Under the pieces are notes generated by a model. That model was not told the origin of the DNA and searched no databases. It worked only from the letters and a program-made list of their open reading frames with translations. Positions 1 to 12,699 of a stretch of DNA of 64,000 nt are shown in pieces. The DNA is from Zygnema circumcarinatum SAG 698-1b (taxonomy: Eukaryota; Plantae; Zygnematophyceae). A program made the translations under genes and the position numbers. Within the stretch, counting starts at the first letter, position 1; each line of letters opens with the position of its first letter. The stretch lies in contig CM074820.1 of the NCBI GenBank assembly GCA_037447605.1, positions 2,170,001-2,234,000 of the forward strand. Direction: 5' to 3'.

Positions 1-94
1 CATCATTATCCTTGTTTCCATTTAATCCGTTTTGTCCGCGCTGAGAGACTCCGGAAATCCTAAGAATTTCCAAGCCCTAGAAGCCCGTGTCAGT

Positions 95-3000
95 ATGCCA
101 GAGGGGACGCAGAGCATTGAACCCCCTCTCTTCATCTCTTTGGAGGACGTCCCGCTGGATGACGACAATGACGCAGGCGGTGGACAGCTGTCGCACAGAG
201 AGAAGGGGGAGGGGAGGGGGAGGGAGGAGGGGCTTCGGCGGAGCAGCGGTCGGAGCGACAGCCACGTAGAGCCTCTGAGGTGTGGGGAGGGCTGGCTGAG
301 GGAAGGGGATTTCTTCCATTGGCTGCTGTACCGCGCGCCATGGTCGCGCAGGAGAGAGAGTGGGAGAGGGAGTGGGCGGAGCGGGAGAAGCAGTGGAAGA
401 GGGATTGATAGGGGCAGTGAGAGAAGGATAGGTGGCGAGAGCGGGAGAGAGAGCGAGAGCCGGAGAGAAGAGAGCGAGAGTGAGCAGGAGGAGGGTCCGC
501 AAAGAGTGGTCGTGGTGGGTGAGCCGGAGAGGACTTTGCAGATAGAGGGTGGGAGGGACTTGGCCGACAACGTGGTGAAGTCGAGCAAGTATACAATTCT
601 TACTTTCCTTCCTCGCAATTTATTCGAACAATTTCATCGGATTGCGTACGTTTATTTTCTTTTAATCGCTATCTTGAATCAAATTCCAGTTTTGGCGGTA
701 TTTGGACGAACGGCTTCTTTGTTTCCTCTCTTGGCAGTGCTCATTGTGACCGCCATTAAGGATGCATACGAAGATTTTAGTCGGCATCGAGCAGATAAGG
801 AGGAGAACAATCGCGAAAGTTTCGTTCTTAAAGAACGACGGTTTGTCAGGGCTAAATGGAGACACATCAGAGTAGGAGACATTGTGAAGGTGCACGGTGG
901 GGAGGGGGTCCCTGCTGATTTAGTTCTGTTGGGCTGTAGTGATGACGGGGGACGAGCCTTCATAGAAACGATGAACTTAGACGGAGAGACTTCGCTTAAG
1001 TCTCGAAATGCGCTGTCTCAGACAATGCGTTTAGATGTGGAGGAAACAGGCATTGAAGGGACTCTTATGTGCGAACAACCAAATCGAAATATTTATGAGT
1101 TTACGGGAGTCGTTTTGCTGAGTGGAGCGCGAATCCCTGTGGGCCCCACGAATATGATTCTTCGAGGATCCGAAATAAAAAACACGGCTTGGGTGATTGG
1201 ATGCGTTGTATATGCCGGCAGAGAAACAAAAGCTCAGTTAAACAATTCAGGAGCTCAGTCGAAGCGTAGCCGGTTGGAGAGACATATGAACAGAGAAGTT
1301 CTGATTTTGAGCGGCATTCTCGTTATCATGTGCTGCATTGGTTCTATTGGAATGGGGGTATGGATCAATAGGCATGATGTGTACCGGCTTCCGTACTTTG
1401 GAGCGGAAAATGATTACAAGGGAGCAGGGGGAGAGGCAGCTCTAAACTGGTTTAGCTGCTTGATAGTCTTCCAAATCATGGTTCCGATTTCCCTCTATAT
1501 TTCCATGGAACTTGTGCGTTTGGGACAAACCTTTTTCATGACACGTGACCTGAATATGTACCATTTAGAATCTGACTCTCCTCTCCAAGTTCGAGCTCTT
1601 AACATAAACGAAGATTTGGGGCAGATAAGCTATGTGTTTTCCGACAAGACTGGAACTTTAACTGAAAACCGGATGGAATTCAAGGCATGCACAGTAAGTG
1701 GAGTTGATTATAACAACCTTCAAGAGCATGAAAACAAAGGCGGCGAGGGGAATGCCGCTTTTCCATTTGAAGGTTCGACCGAGCTTGGGAACATGGGAGG
1801 AGGTGAGAGCAATTATTATACCGTTTATTCAAGAGCTTTTGGTGATTACGCACTGTTCATGTTAATGTTAACTTTAATGTTGAGCTTCGGCCATCGACAA
1901 GTCCCCAAAATCCCTCTCCCCCTCCCCCTCCCGCTCCTGACTTCTGCGTTCTGTTTACTGCAAAACGCTTGTCATTTGTTTTGCGTTTGCTTTTTTTCTT
2001 TTTTAATGGAATCTATTTCTTTTAAAAGGTTTCATTGAATCTAAAGATACATGTTCGGCCCGCTTTAATTTTAACCTTGTCATTAGGGGGGGATGCTGTA
2101 TTTGGTATAGGCCTTACCAAGTGGCGGCCGAAAACAGGGATGAGGGTGGACGCAAACTTGGTTCGGGCACTGCAAAATCCGACAGTCTCACACGAGGAAA
2201 AAAATCTGCATAATTTTCTGCTTGTTCTGGCGGGGTGTAATACGGTGATTCCAACAAGAATCAGCACTTCTATGTCAGGCTACGTTGACTTGCATGCGGC
2301 CTCCTATGAGGAGGGAGGGACGGTGGAGTATCAGGGGGAGTCTCCCGACGAGCAAGCACTCGTAATTGCAGCCGCTTCACATGGATTCAGTTTGCTGGAA
2401 CGGACACTTGACGGAATTGTAGTTTCTATACTGGGGGAAATAGTCAAGTAAGTGGACGGCCTGGGGCGGGGTGGGGTGTGGGGGGGGGGAGTGCGGAGGG
2501 GGGAGAGAAGAGTAGAGAGGAGTGCATGAAGTGGAGGGGGCAAAGGAGTAGAGAGTGAAGTTGTGGGAGGAATACGGTGGGAGAGGCATAGATGCAGTGA
2601 AGGGAGGGCGTTGGAGGGATGAAAGAAAGGAAGAGAGGGAGAGGATGAGGGTGGGAGAGAGGGAAACAAAAGTGAGGAAGAGAGAAGCTGGATGTCGATC
2701 GGCAGGCTGGCGGGCGGGCGGGCGGGAGGGAGGGAGGGAGAAGGGACTGGGAAACGGAGAGAAGAGGCTCATTATTCACTTTTGTCAAACGACCTTGTTT
2801 CTTGTAGCATGTTAATCTGCAATTGCTGGCACGTAGTTCGATGATACGAAATGATGTGCAGGTTTCTTGTGCCTTTTTCAGATACCACGTTTTGGGAGTA
2901 CACGAATTCGACAGCACAAGGAAGAGGATGTCAGTTGTACTGAAATGCCCCGATGGAACGCACAAGCTTCTCATAAAAGGAGCGGATTCCGTTATGTTCA

Positions 3001-5809
3001 ATCTTGGTAGAAACCTTCCCCAGACCCCGCCTACTCTACCGGGATCGCCAGCCTTTATCCAATGGCAAAGTGACAAAATGACGACAGATGGCATTCTGCG
3101 AGATGTGGACTTCTATGCTCGAGAAGGACTTCGAACCCTCGTGATTGGTGTTCGTGAATTGAGCCAATCGGAAGTTGCCACTTGGCTCAAACAGTACAAA
3201 GCAGCAAGCACAGCATTACATGACAGAGTTGCGAAAATGAGCGGAGCAGCAGCTCTTGTCGAAACTGACATACAACTGCTGGGAGCAACGGGAATTGAGG
3301 ACAAACTGCAGCAAGGAGTGCCGGATACGATCGCAACGTTACGGAACGCGGGCCTACATGTGTGGGTTTTGACAGGGGATAAGCAGGAGACCGCCGTCTC
3401 TATCGCATTCTCTTGCCAACTTATCACACGAGAAATGGAACAAATCATAATAAACGAGAATACAATGGAAGGTACCGAGAGGGCTATTTCGGATGCAAGG
3501 AAGAGATACAGACATCTTGCAGCTGCCCAGACAGGCCTTAGAAAATTGGGTGCATGGGCCAATGGGAGTCGCATGCTGTCTGCTGTGAAGGGAAGGGAGT
3601 GGGTTGCTGGAGGGGATGCTACTATAGCCGCAGCCGATAGTAACGCCCCCAGCCCTACTAGAGAGGAAGATCAGCCGCATACTCCGGGAGCCAATGGGAA
3701 AAGGTCCTTAGGCTTTGAAGAACTTTTGAAGATGGATTCACCATTCAGACAGCAGCAACTTGCGCTTGTCATTGATGGGCAAAGTCTCTTGCATGCATTG
3801 GAGCCAAGCATCGACGTTTCGGTAAGTGCTTGTTGGCTCATGGGGTGGGCGAAAAAGTGTTTGTTTCGTTCTCTTATTCTTCAGCGCTGCCTTTGATTCA
3901 GAGCTGCAGGAGTTCAGCAATGTTTAGATTTGTTCAACTTGTTACGCTTCTAAAAGCGTTACATCCCTCTTAAGACGTTCCGGCAATCTAATGCTGACAC
4001 TTGCCACCTCTTGTCTTTTTTGTTGGGGGTTGCGGTGGGGTGGGGGGAAACTATAAAACCGAGAATCATAAAACTGGCAGCTTTTTGAATTGGCAAAGTT
4101 ATGCAAAGTGGTCGTTTGCTGCCGAGTCGCTCCTCTTCAGAAGGCGGGAGTGGTTGCACTGGTCCAGCGCTGCTCCAACAAGCTCTGCCTCGCCATAGGA
4201 GATGGTGAGAAGGAGAGAAAGATATTGCCCTTCATTGCTGTCAATGCATTGGAACTAAGTTTTTAGGCACTATGCGAGTGCTATTCTCACTATGCATTGA
4301 TGCTTTCCCAAGTTGACGTTTCCAGCGCTCGAATTCATGATTTTCATTTCTGATGCCTTGTCCTTGCACCAAATTTCAAGTCCCTGTGGTTTATTTGTCT
4401 CGAATCGTATTACCTTGTTCCTTGTAACCAGCATTGGTCTCTGTCAGTGGATCTAAAGCCACGTACGTAGCTATGCTCAACCTCACCTTCCTTGGATTGA
4501 ACCCTTTTGTTTGCTCGTTGGTGGATCCGGTTCAGGTGCAAACGACGTGTCGATGATTCAGATGGCAGATGTGGGGGTTGGCATAAGCGGCCAAGAGGGG
4601 AGGCAGGCAGTTATGGCGTCAGATTTCGCCATAGCCCAATTTCGCTTTTTGAAGCATCTCTTACTTGTTCACGGGCATTGGAATTACCAGCGTCTCTCGT
4701 ACATGGTCCTTTATAACTTCTACAAAAATGCGGTTTTCGTCATGATGTTGTTCTGGTGAGTTATTGCGATGGTGGTTATGAATCCTTGTGGTTGAAATGG
4801 AAAAAAAAACATGTTCTCCCTCTCCTGATTTAGACTAGAATGATCTTAGTACCTTTTGTGCAGACCACGAGTGTTCTTCATCTCTTGTCATTATTTATGG
4901 TCCATCTTGAATTGCTACATCCTCAAATTCTCTTCATGTCTCAAAGTTTTCAGCCGATTGCTGATGCAATGAGCCATTTCCTATTTCAGGTTTATCCTGC
5001 ATACTGCTTTTTCGCCTCAAACCGGAATAGGTGATTGGAGTTTAGTATTCTTCTCCCTCATATACACCTCCGTTCCCACCATCATAATCGGCATTTTGGA
5101 GCAAAACGTAGCTGCGTCTACTTTGCTCAAATTTCCCAGCCTTTACGGGGCGGGCCCTCGAGAAGAAGCTTACAATACAAAGCTCTTCTGGATCGTTATG
5201 CTGGACACTCTATGGCAGAGTTTGGTGCTGTTCTATGTTCCGTATTTTGCCACAACCTACCACACAGCCACCCTTTGGAGCGTGGGCCAAGTTTGGCTGT
5301 TTGCGGTCGTTTTGGTGGTGGATTTCCATTTGGCGATGGATGTCCGCCATTGGACATGGATCCACCATGCAGTGCTGTGGGGCTCCATAGCTGCCACGTA
5401 CATCGTGCTCATAGTTTTGGACTTTCTACCCGATACACCTCAGTATGGGTAAGCACCCCAAGTCCTGTTTCCTGTCATTATGTTAAGTTTTCTTTGGATC
5501 ATTCCTCAACTTTTAAGAAGTGAGATCTGCTGCTATCTCCCTCTGAAATTCTCCCTAAATTTCTCCTTTCTGCCCTGTTTTAGGTCATTACGCAACACGG
5601 CAAACCGAGCTACGTATTGGCTGGACCTTCTTTTCATTGTTGTTGTTGCGCTCTTGCCGCGGTTCGTTGTCAAGTGCGTCTACCAGACCTGCTTCCCCAT
5701 CGACACACAAATAGCAAGAGAGGCGGAGGTGGTGGGAGGGGCGGAAGGAAGGCCTACTGAGAGGTCTCATATGGAAAATATGCTGTCAAGCCCTCCTCAC
5801 CAAGTATAG
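95..5809 (+). CDS. ALA1: P4-type ATPase, phospholipid flippase (ALA1-like); 7 exons: 95-1802, 2087-2447, 2882-3821, 4081-4204, 4538-4755, 4990-5448, 5584-5809
   Basis: Motifs [92 protein letters not shown]; all introns GT-AG with matching phases. In-frame stop at 23-25, so first ATG is 95. Confidence 0.95.
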
Positions 5810-6606
5810 ATTTTTTGGCATTTTGGTGAATAGACCGTCAAGTCAGTCTGTCTGTTTGTCTGTCTGTCTGACCCCCCCCCTCTCTCTCTCTCTCTCCCCC
5901 ATCCCCTTTTCCTGTCGGAAGTTTTCAGTTCAAGAAGTTCGGCCGTAGGTCTGCATGCAACGTGTAAATTAAATCAATCATAGAATATTCTAAGCACTTC
6001 TCTGTATCCCCTTCTTTTCTTTTTTTTCCTTGTACACAAGAGAGTAGCTTTCCATGTCTCCAACGGTCTACGGAGCGAGCAATCAGCATTGCGGTTTTGT
6101 GTGGAGTCGCAACTGTAGAAGTGCGCACCTAAAGGTGCAAAGTTCATTTGTAAACGCGTCATTTATTTTTCAACCTAAACACTTTCCTAGTGTTTATCTT
6201 CATGTTTTAAGTGATGCCGACGACGTGTCCAGTGGACTGTGGAGGTTTGGGGTTTTAGGGCAGTTGCAAACCTTTGGTTGTTGCTGGTCCACAAAATGAA
6301 AAAACTCTTCACGGTCTGAAAGTTGTGCAAAACATTAAGCCATTGCGCGTAAAGAAAAGGGCAACCTTCATAAAATCCTGAAATAAACCTATATGATGAT
6401 TCTCGTATTTGTTTCTGTAAAAGTTTTCCAAGCCTTCGGCGAGTAGCCAGCACATGCATGCATTGTGAAAAGGACGAAGAAAAACGACACGTATTTTAGG
6501 TGTTTGTGGGGTTTCCCTGCCACCTGAATTTGAATATGTACAAAGGGGTTTCATGTGAACCCTAAAACTCTGCGACCATTGAACTTCTTGAAAAGCCTCC
6601 AAGGCC

Positions 6607-7537
6607 TCACTTGTCGACGTCCATGGCTTGCACTCCCTTGGCTTTCCTCACCTTGCCCGCAATTTTCAGCTTCAACTTTTTGGCTCGGATTGCGACCAAG
6701 CCCTTCACCGCTTTTTTCTTGATGCCTGCCCCGCGCTTGTCAACCTGCAAGGAGACCAAAAATATGGTGAATATGAAGGACCTGTGCGAACAGAAAGGAC
6801 GCGATGGTAGGTTGTAATGGCTACAAGATAACACAAGTTGAAGGAAACCCTTCAGGAAAGAAAGATTCAAGCGAGCAAAAGACTGAAGCGGACGACGTTC
6901 TGCATAAAAAGGAGTGAGTCGGACCTTCATTTTGCGTTCTTTCGCCTTCAGCTTCTTCTCCTTCGCTTCCTTCACCTCTCGCTCCCCTGGATGAATTCCA
7001 AGCCACGTCAGAAACTCTGAACCCTGAAGCTACATATTCAGGGATTAAGGTTGGAGGATTTGCAGTTCAGCGTCGCGGGTTCAACAGCTTCAGGATCACC
7101 TTCACTCCTCCCCGTCACATTTTACGAACAGCTCCCCACTTCTCAACATCTCGAGTTTTCAAACGACTTCCTTTCCCTCTATCCTTATGAAACTTAGAGC
7201 TTTCAAACATATCACATGCATGCCCCAATTAGGTTTCCATCCCCATAACTCCCCACTTAGAATTTACGGTTCAGAAATTCCACTTTTCAATTGTTCCCCT
7301 CTCCTGGCGCACCTCCTTCACTCGCTCCCATTCAAACATACGCGCTTCAAGATTTCAAACTAGTTTTTTCAGCAATTTCGGGTTCTTAAAAAAAAAAAAA
7401 CCTTTTCAAGCCCGTAAGCTTGTACGGTTGTAAGATTTTAGGGCCTGATGAGGATTCAGAAGCGCGTGCGCATACTCACTCTTCAAGTCGAATTCGCGCT
7501 GCCTCTTCCGCGTGGCGAGGTTGTTCTTTTTCGACAT
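6607..7537 (-). CDS. Small (~85 aa) Lys/Arg-rich uncharacterised protein; exons 7537-7480, 6986-6925, 6744-6607
   Basis: Spliced product MSKKNNLATRKRQREFDLKREREVKEAKEKKLKAKERKMKVDKRGAGIKKKAVKG...QAMDVDK; canonical splice sites with consistent phase; good ATG context. Confidence 0.8.
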
Positions 7538-7604
7538 GGCGCCCCCTTCTCTTCTTCCTGAAGTGGGTTCCGGCTTCCTTCCGAGCCCCTGCTTTGCAGC
7601 TCAA

Positions 7605-7635
7605 TTAGGGTTGAGGTTTTTAGGGTTAGGGTTTT
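7605..7635 (-). promoter_or_regulatory. Telo-box cluster (AAACCCTAA-like) in 5' region of the small basic gene
   Basis: Plus strand reads ttagggttgaggtttttagggttagggtttt, 70-100 bp upstream of ATG 7537; telo-boxes are established plant elements of translation/ribosome-biogenesis genes. Confidence 0.6.
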
Positions 7636-8015
7636 GAGCTCTGCCCCTCCGCCCGCCCGCCAGTCATTGGCGGCCTCACCCTAATTCTCCGGATTCCACA
7701 CATGGAACAGTTCCAATTCCAAGCCGCGCCGTCACATGTACGAATCTGTCGCCAAACTGCGATCGGATTTCTTGCATAGAAATGGCTCCAACCGACGCGA
7801 ATCGCCGGATTTGGATCGTCGGACGCTTGTCGGTCAGATCTTAGATCGGACGGTGTGGAGGGGCTCCCTCTCTGAAAGTGACGGACGGCCGTCCGATCTG
7901 CCCTCGGAGGCCTCGAGCTGCGATTGGCCGTCGAATCCTGCGTTCCATGCGGCGATCGATCCGTCGCAACCCGATTTGCCATGGAATGTCGCCAGTAGCA
8001 ATACGTGTAACTGAA

Positions 8016-8115
8016 NNNNNNNNNNNNNNNNNNNNNNNNNNNNNNNNNNNNNNNNNNNNNNNNNNNNNNNNNNNNNNNNNNNNNNNNNNNNNNNNNNNNN
8101 NNNNNNNNNNNNNNN
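8016..8115. other. Scaffold gap (100 N); further 10-N gaps at 10346-10355, 33811-33820, 43979-43988, 57206-57215
   Basis: Runs of N in the sequence. Confidence 1.
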
Positions 8116-8608
8116 ACCCCACTCCCTCTCCCTCGTGTTATACCATCATGACAATTCCGATTGTGATGGCTATGAGGTTTGACGCCTTTGAACACCTTTA
8201 AGAGAAAGGAGAGAAAGAAAAAGAGAGAATGAATAGGGAAGAGAGAGAGAGAGAAGAACGAGAAACAGGAAGGAGAGAGAGCGAAAAAGAGGAGAATTTA
8301 TCGCGAAAAGCACTGGGTTCGACAGGTGCCAAACACTCGTGAATTTGCAGAGTGGATCGGGCAGACGAAGAAAAAGAAAATATACATCACAGGGTTTGCC
8401 TCTTTCCCCACACACACACTCACTAAAACTAGAAAAGCAGAAAAAAAAACTTGTTCTTTGTACGCTCCAAAATGCCTTGTTTTTCTCCTGTATCTGCCTT
8501 CCCTCTCTCTGTATTTGAAAATAATTATCACTTTTTCCTTCAAGTTTGCCTCTGACCCTCCACCCTCCTACTCTATTTCTTTCCCTCCCTGCCCGGTCGG
8601 TCGGGCAG

Positions 8609-11183
8609 AACAAATCAGCGCCCAGTCCCACTGGAGCACTGTATCTTCTACAGTGGCGAACTGTACAAAGTTTGTGAAAAAGAAACTTGGCTGCCCGAAG
8701 GAATGAAAGCTGCCCAGGCTGCCCACAAAAAAAAGACCGCCCCTCCCCAGAAGGCACCGGCAGGGGGAGGCTCATCTGGAGGGGGCAGAGGGGGAGCGAT
8801 TCAAGGGAGAGGTAGAGGGGGGGGGGGAGGAGGAGGGAGAGGGAGGGGAGGAGTGGGAGGAGGGGGAGGGGGAGGGGGAGGAGGAGGTGGGAGTGCAGGA
8901 GGCTTTACAGGAGGGGGTGCCACGTGGAGGCAGGAGGGTTCACAATGGATGACTCTCATCAATCTTCTCAAAAAGAGAGAGTTGTTACCTGTAAGCTTGA
9001 TTTCAGATCTTGGACATTTTGTTTTGAGAAAAATGGCTTGTCGATAAGGTATTCTCTCTTTTATTGTAACCCAGCCCATGAAGCGAACGAATCCAATCAA
9101 GTCTATCAAGTAAACAAACTCAATACAGTTGGTAAAGTCAACAATGTCAAGGAAGTAAAGAAAGTCGCAATTGGCGGTGTTGTCTCAGGTTGTTGTCTTC
9201 TGTTTTTCGAAAAATCGCTGCGACCAATCAGCTGACGGTTTGGCGGGTGCCGATCTGACTTCAAAAATTGATAAAAGCGAAATTGTTCAATTCTGCGATA
9301 AAGCGTTTTCTCGGCTCAAAGGATCAGACAGACAGCTTCCACAGGCAAGGCTACGCAGCAGAGAGAGAGAGAGAGAGAGAGCCCAACTCTCCCTCCCTCT
9401 CCAAGGACCTTGTTCGCTCTCATTCAGACTCTCCTCCCTCCCAGTCTCTACCTCTCCTATCCCCTTCCCTCTCTTTCCCTATCGCTCTCTCCCTCCCTTC
9501 CTCTTGCCCCATCCCCACCCACTTCCATTCTCTTTCGACCTTCTCTCACTACCACTCCTAAATGCTTCCTCTCTCTGTCTCAGACTTTTGCTTTCTGCCC
9601 CACTTGACATTTATTTCATTTCCCTCCCTCTTCCTCCCCCCTCCCTCCCCCCCCTTCCCTGACGGCTCCCTCCCTTTCCTTCCGCAGGTTTTGAGAATTT
9701 CGGCACTATTGCGTCGAGGGGTGGGAGTTCACCACGCGGGTCTACTCCCCATAGTGAAGGAAGTGGTGGAAATGCTTTTTTGCAGAGGCATTATAAAGGT
9801 CATTCTCTCCCAAATCACTTTCAAACAAAAAGAGAAATCAGAAAATAGAGCTTTTGTTTTGCGTCACGATTGTTTCTTCCTCATTTCATACTTTTTCTCT
9901 TTTGAATTCTTCTGACATTCAGTGCATACCTTATGGCAAGCATTTCCAGGTATTGTTTTCCACAGAGACATTTGCTATGGGAGTGAACGCACCGGCACGA
10001 ACGGTATGTTAATACTCATATATTTAAAAACCTCCCATGTGTTAGCCCCTCTCTAAACTTAGGTTCTTTTAAGATATTTCAGAATGGGACCCTTTAGCTC
10101 ATACAATTCAACGCATTCTTGCTTCTTCCATGATGCTATATTTTCTCACAGAAAGCAAACAAACAAGCATACTATAGCCAGTCCTAGCTTTGTTAAAATT
10201 CCGTGACCTGTTGGCAGGTCGCCTTCCACAGCCTCCGCAAGCATGACGGGCGGTCCTTCCGGGAGCTGCTCCCGGGGGAGTACACGCAGATGGCAGGAAG
10301 AGCAGGGCGAAGGGGCCTGGACAAGGTCGCGCTCTCCCTCCCTCCNNNNNNNNNNCTCCCCTCCCTCCCCTCCCTCCCTGAATGTCGATATCGAATTTTA
10401 AGCACCACCGCACCCAGTTTAGACGCTTTTTCAACATCCACATTATATTATAGTTGATACCCCTCTCCCTCTCCTCTCCCTCTCTCTCTCCCGCTCCCTG
10501 CAGGTGGGCACCGTGGTGCTGTGCTGCTGGGAGGAGGTCCCCGAGGAGGCCTCTCTGCGGCGCGTCCTGACGGGCCGCGCGACGGTCCTGCAGTCGCAGT
10601 TCCGCCTCTCCTTCGGCATGGTCCTGCGCCTCCTGCAGAGCCGCGCGCAGGACCTCTCGGTGCGGGAGGGAGGGTGGGGAGGGAGGGAGGGATGGAAGGA
10701 GGGAGGAAGGGAGGGAGGGAGAAAGGGTGGGAGGGAGGGGGGGAGGGAGGGAGAGAGGGAAGGAGAAAGGGTGGGAGGGAGGGAGGGAGGGAGGGAGGGA
10801 GGGACTAGGGTGCAGGGTTCGGGGGTAGAGGGAGTCTGGGGTTTGAGGGTTGGGAGTTCACATTCGATGCAGGGAGGACAGCGATGGAGGTTTTGCAGAC
10901 CGAGTGACTTTGAGATTCTGGAATTTCTTAGTTGTAAGGGGGATAGGACGTCCGGGGTTTTTGGAGGTTTTGAGTGGTAGGGATGTGGGGTTTTATGGCT
11001 TTTGGGAGTTCTGAGGGTTGAGGGTTCGGCGTCCTGCAGGTGGAGGACATGCTGAAGCGCAGCTTCGCGGAGGCGAAGGCCCTTCAGCAGATGCCGCAAC
11101 TGCGGGAGAGTCTGCGCAAAGGGGAGGAGGGGCTCGACGACTTCGACCAGCAGGGGCCAATCAAGTGGGGACACGTGGCAGGA

Positions 11184-11222
<39 letters not shown>

Positions 11223-11851
11223 CCTCTCTTTGTGTCCACTGTTTCTCTCCTCTTCGCTCTCCCTCGGCCTCACTTTTTCTCTGTCCTCTTTGCTCTCTGT
11301 GCTCTCTCTCACTCCCTCATGCCCTAACTTTCTCTCTGTCTCTCCCTCTCCCCTTCTCTCTTTCTCTACCTCTCTGCTCTCTCTCTCCCCCGTTGCTTCC
11401 CCCTTTGCTCTCTCTTCCCCTCTTCCTCTCTTCCCATCTCCTCCTTTCCTCTCTCGCCCTATCCTTTTCCTTTTCTCTCCCACTCTCTCCCTCTCACCCC
11501 CTCCTCTCCCTCTCTCTCTCCCTCTGGGGATTCAATGGAATTCCAGCTGCATTCTGGGCGACCCCACAATTGAGGAGTACTATGAGCAGGTCCTGAAGGC
11601 CCAGGAGCTTGGGAGCGCCATTCAAGAACAAGTACTCCGCTCCAAAGGCGCCCAGAACGCCCTTCAGGCAGGCCGAGCAGTCATTGTGGCGCTGGCGGAG
11701 GTCAGTACTTGTCCTGATTTCGATGTTCCGTGTGATAACCTTACCACAATCTTCCAAACCCTCCCGTTGAAACATCAGAACCCTATAGTTAGCAGAGTTG
11801 AGTATCCTAAGACAAATCGTTATGGTTTCTGTTTTTACTTTCTCTCTCCCC

Positions 11852-11895
<44 letters not shown>

Positions 11896-12664
11896 CTCTC
11901 TCTCGCTCTCTCTCTCTCTCGTGGGAGGAACAGGACGAGTCTCCGGTTTTGGGAGCCATCCTGAAGGGCCCTTTTGGAGGGGACTCAGTCACAGGAGACT
12001 ATGTCGCCCTCCTCCTCCACCAGGAGGAGAAGAAAAGCACTGCCCCTTTGGAGGAGCAGGAAAGCAATAAAAAAGCGGAATTTGCAAATGAATATTTAAA
12101 GGGAGATTTTAAAGCGAGCTTCAAAGGAGGCCGGGAGATTAATTCCAATTTTGGTGACATCACAGTGCTGGGGGGAAGGGGCTCGAAGGGCCCGGAAGTG
12201 ATCCAATTGAAGCTTCCCTTTTACAGCCAAGCAGGAGAGGTGAAATTCAGCGTTGAAAAAATTAGGGCAAAACAAATTGAAGGAATTTGTCGATCGAAAA
12301 TATTTGTTGATGTGGAAGAAATGCTTAACGCAAAGAATCCGTCAGCCTTTACGGCGTCCATTCAAGAGCTTCGGAAGGTTGAGGAGGAAGCTTCGCCAGG
12401 GAATCCCCCAATCTTACATCCTGTGAAAGGTTGTCCTCTCCCTCTTCCCCCCCCTTCCCTCTCTCTCTCCCTCGCACTCTCTCTCTCTCCCTCTCTCTCT
12501 CTCTCCGTCTCTCTCCCCTGTGCTCCAACATTTTCCCCTCTTGTTCGTTTCCTCCCGTTTCTCTCATTTTCCGCTCTTCTTCCCTCCGCCCATCTTTTCC
12601 TTCTCTCCTGCTTTTCACTTTCCCTTCCCCCGCACTTCTTGTCGAGATACATTCAACGTGTGAA

Positions 12665-12699
<35 letters not shown>

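Noticed and set aside
95-1802. 1.7-kb first ALA exon as a retrocopy signal
   Set aside because: The gene has six normal introns and no poly(A) or TSD; large exons also occur in RecQ4.
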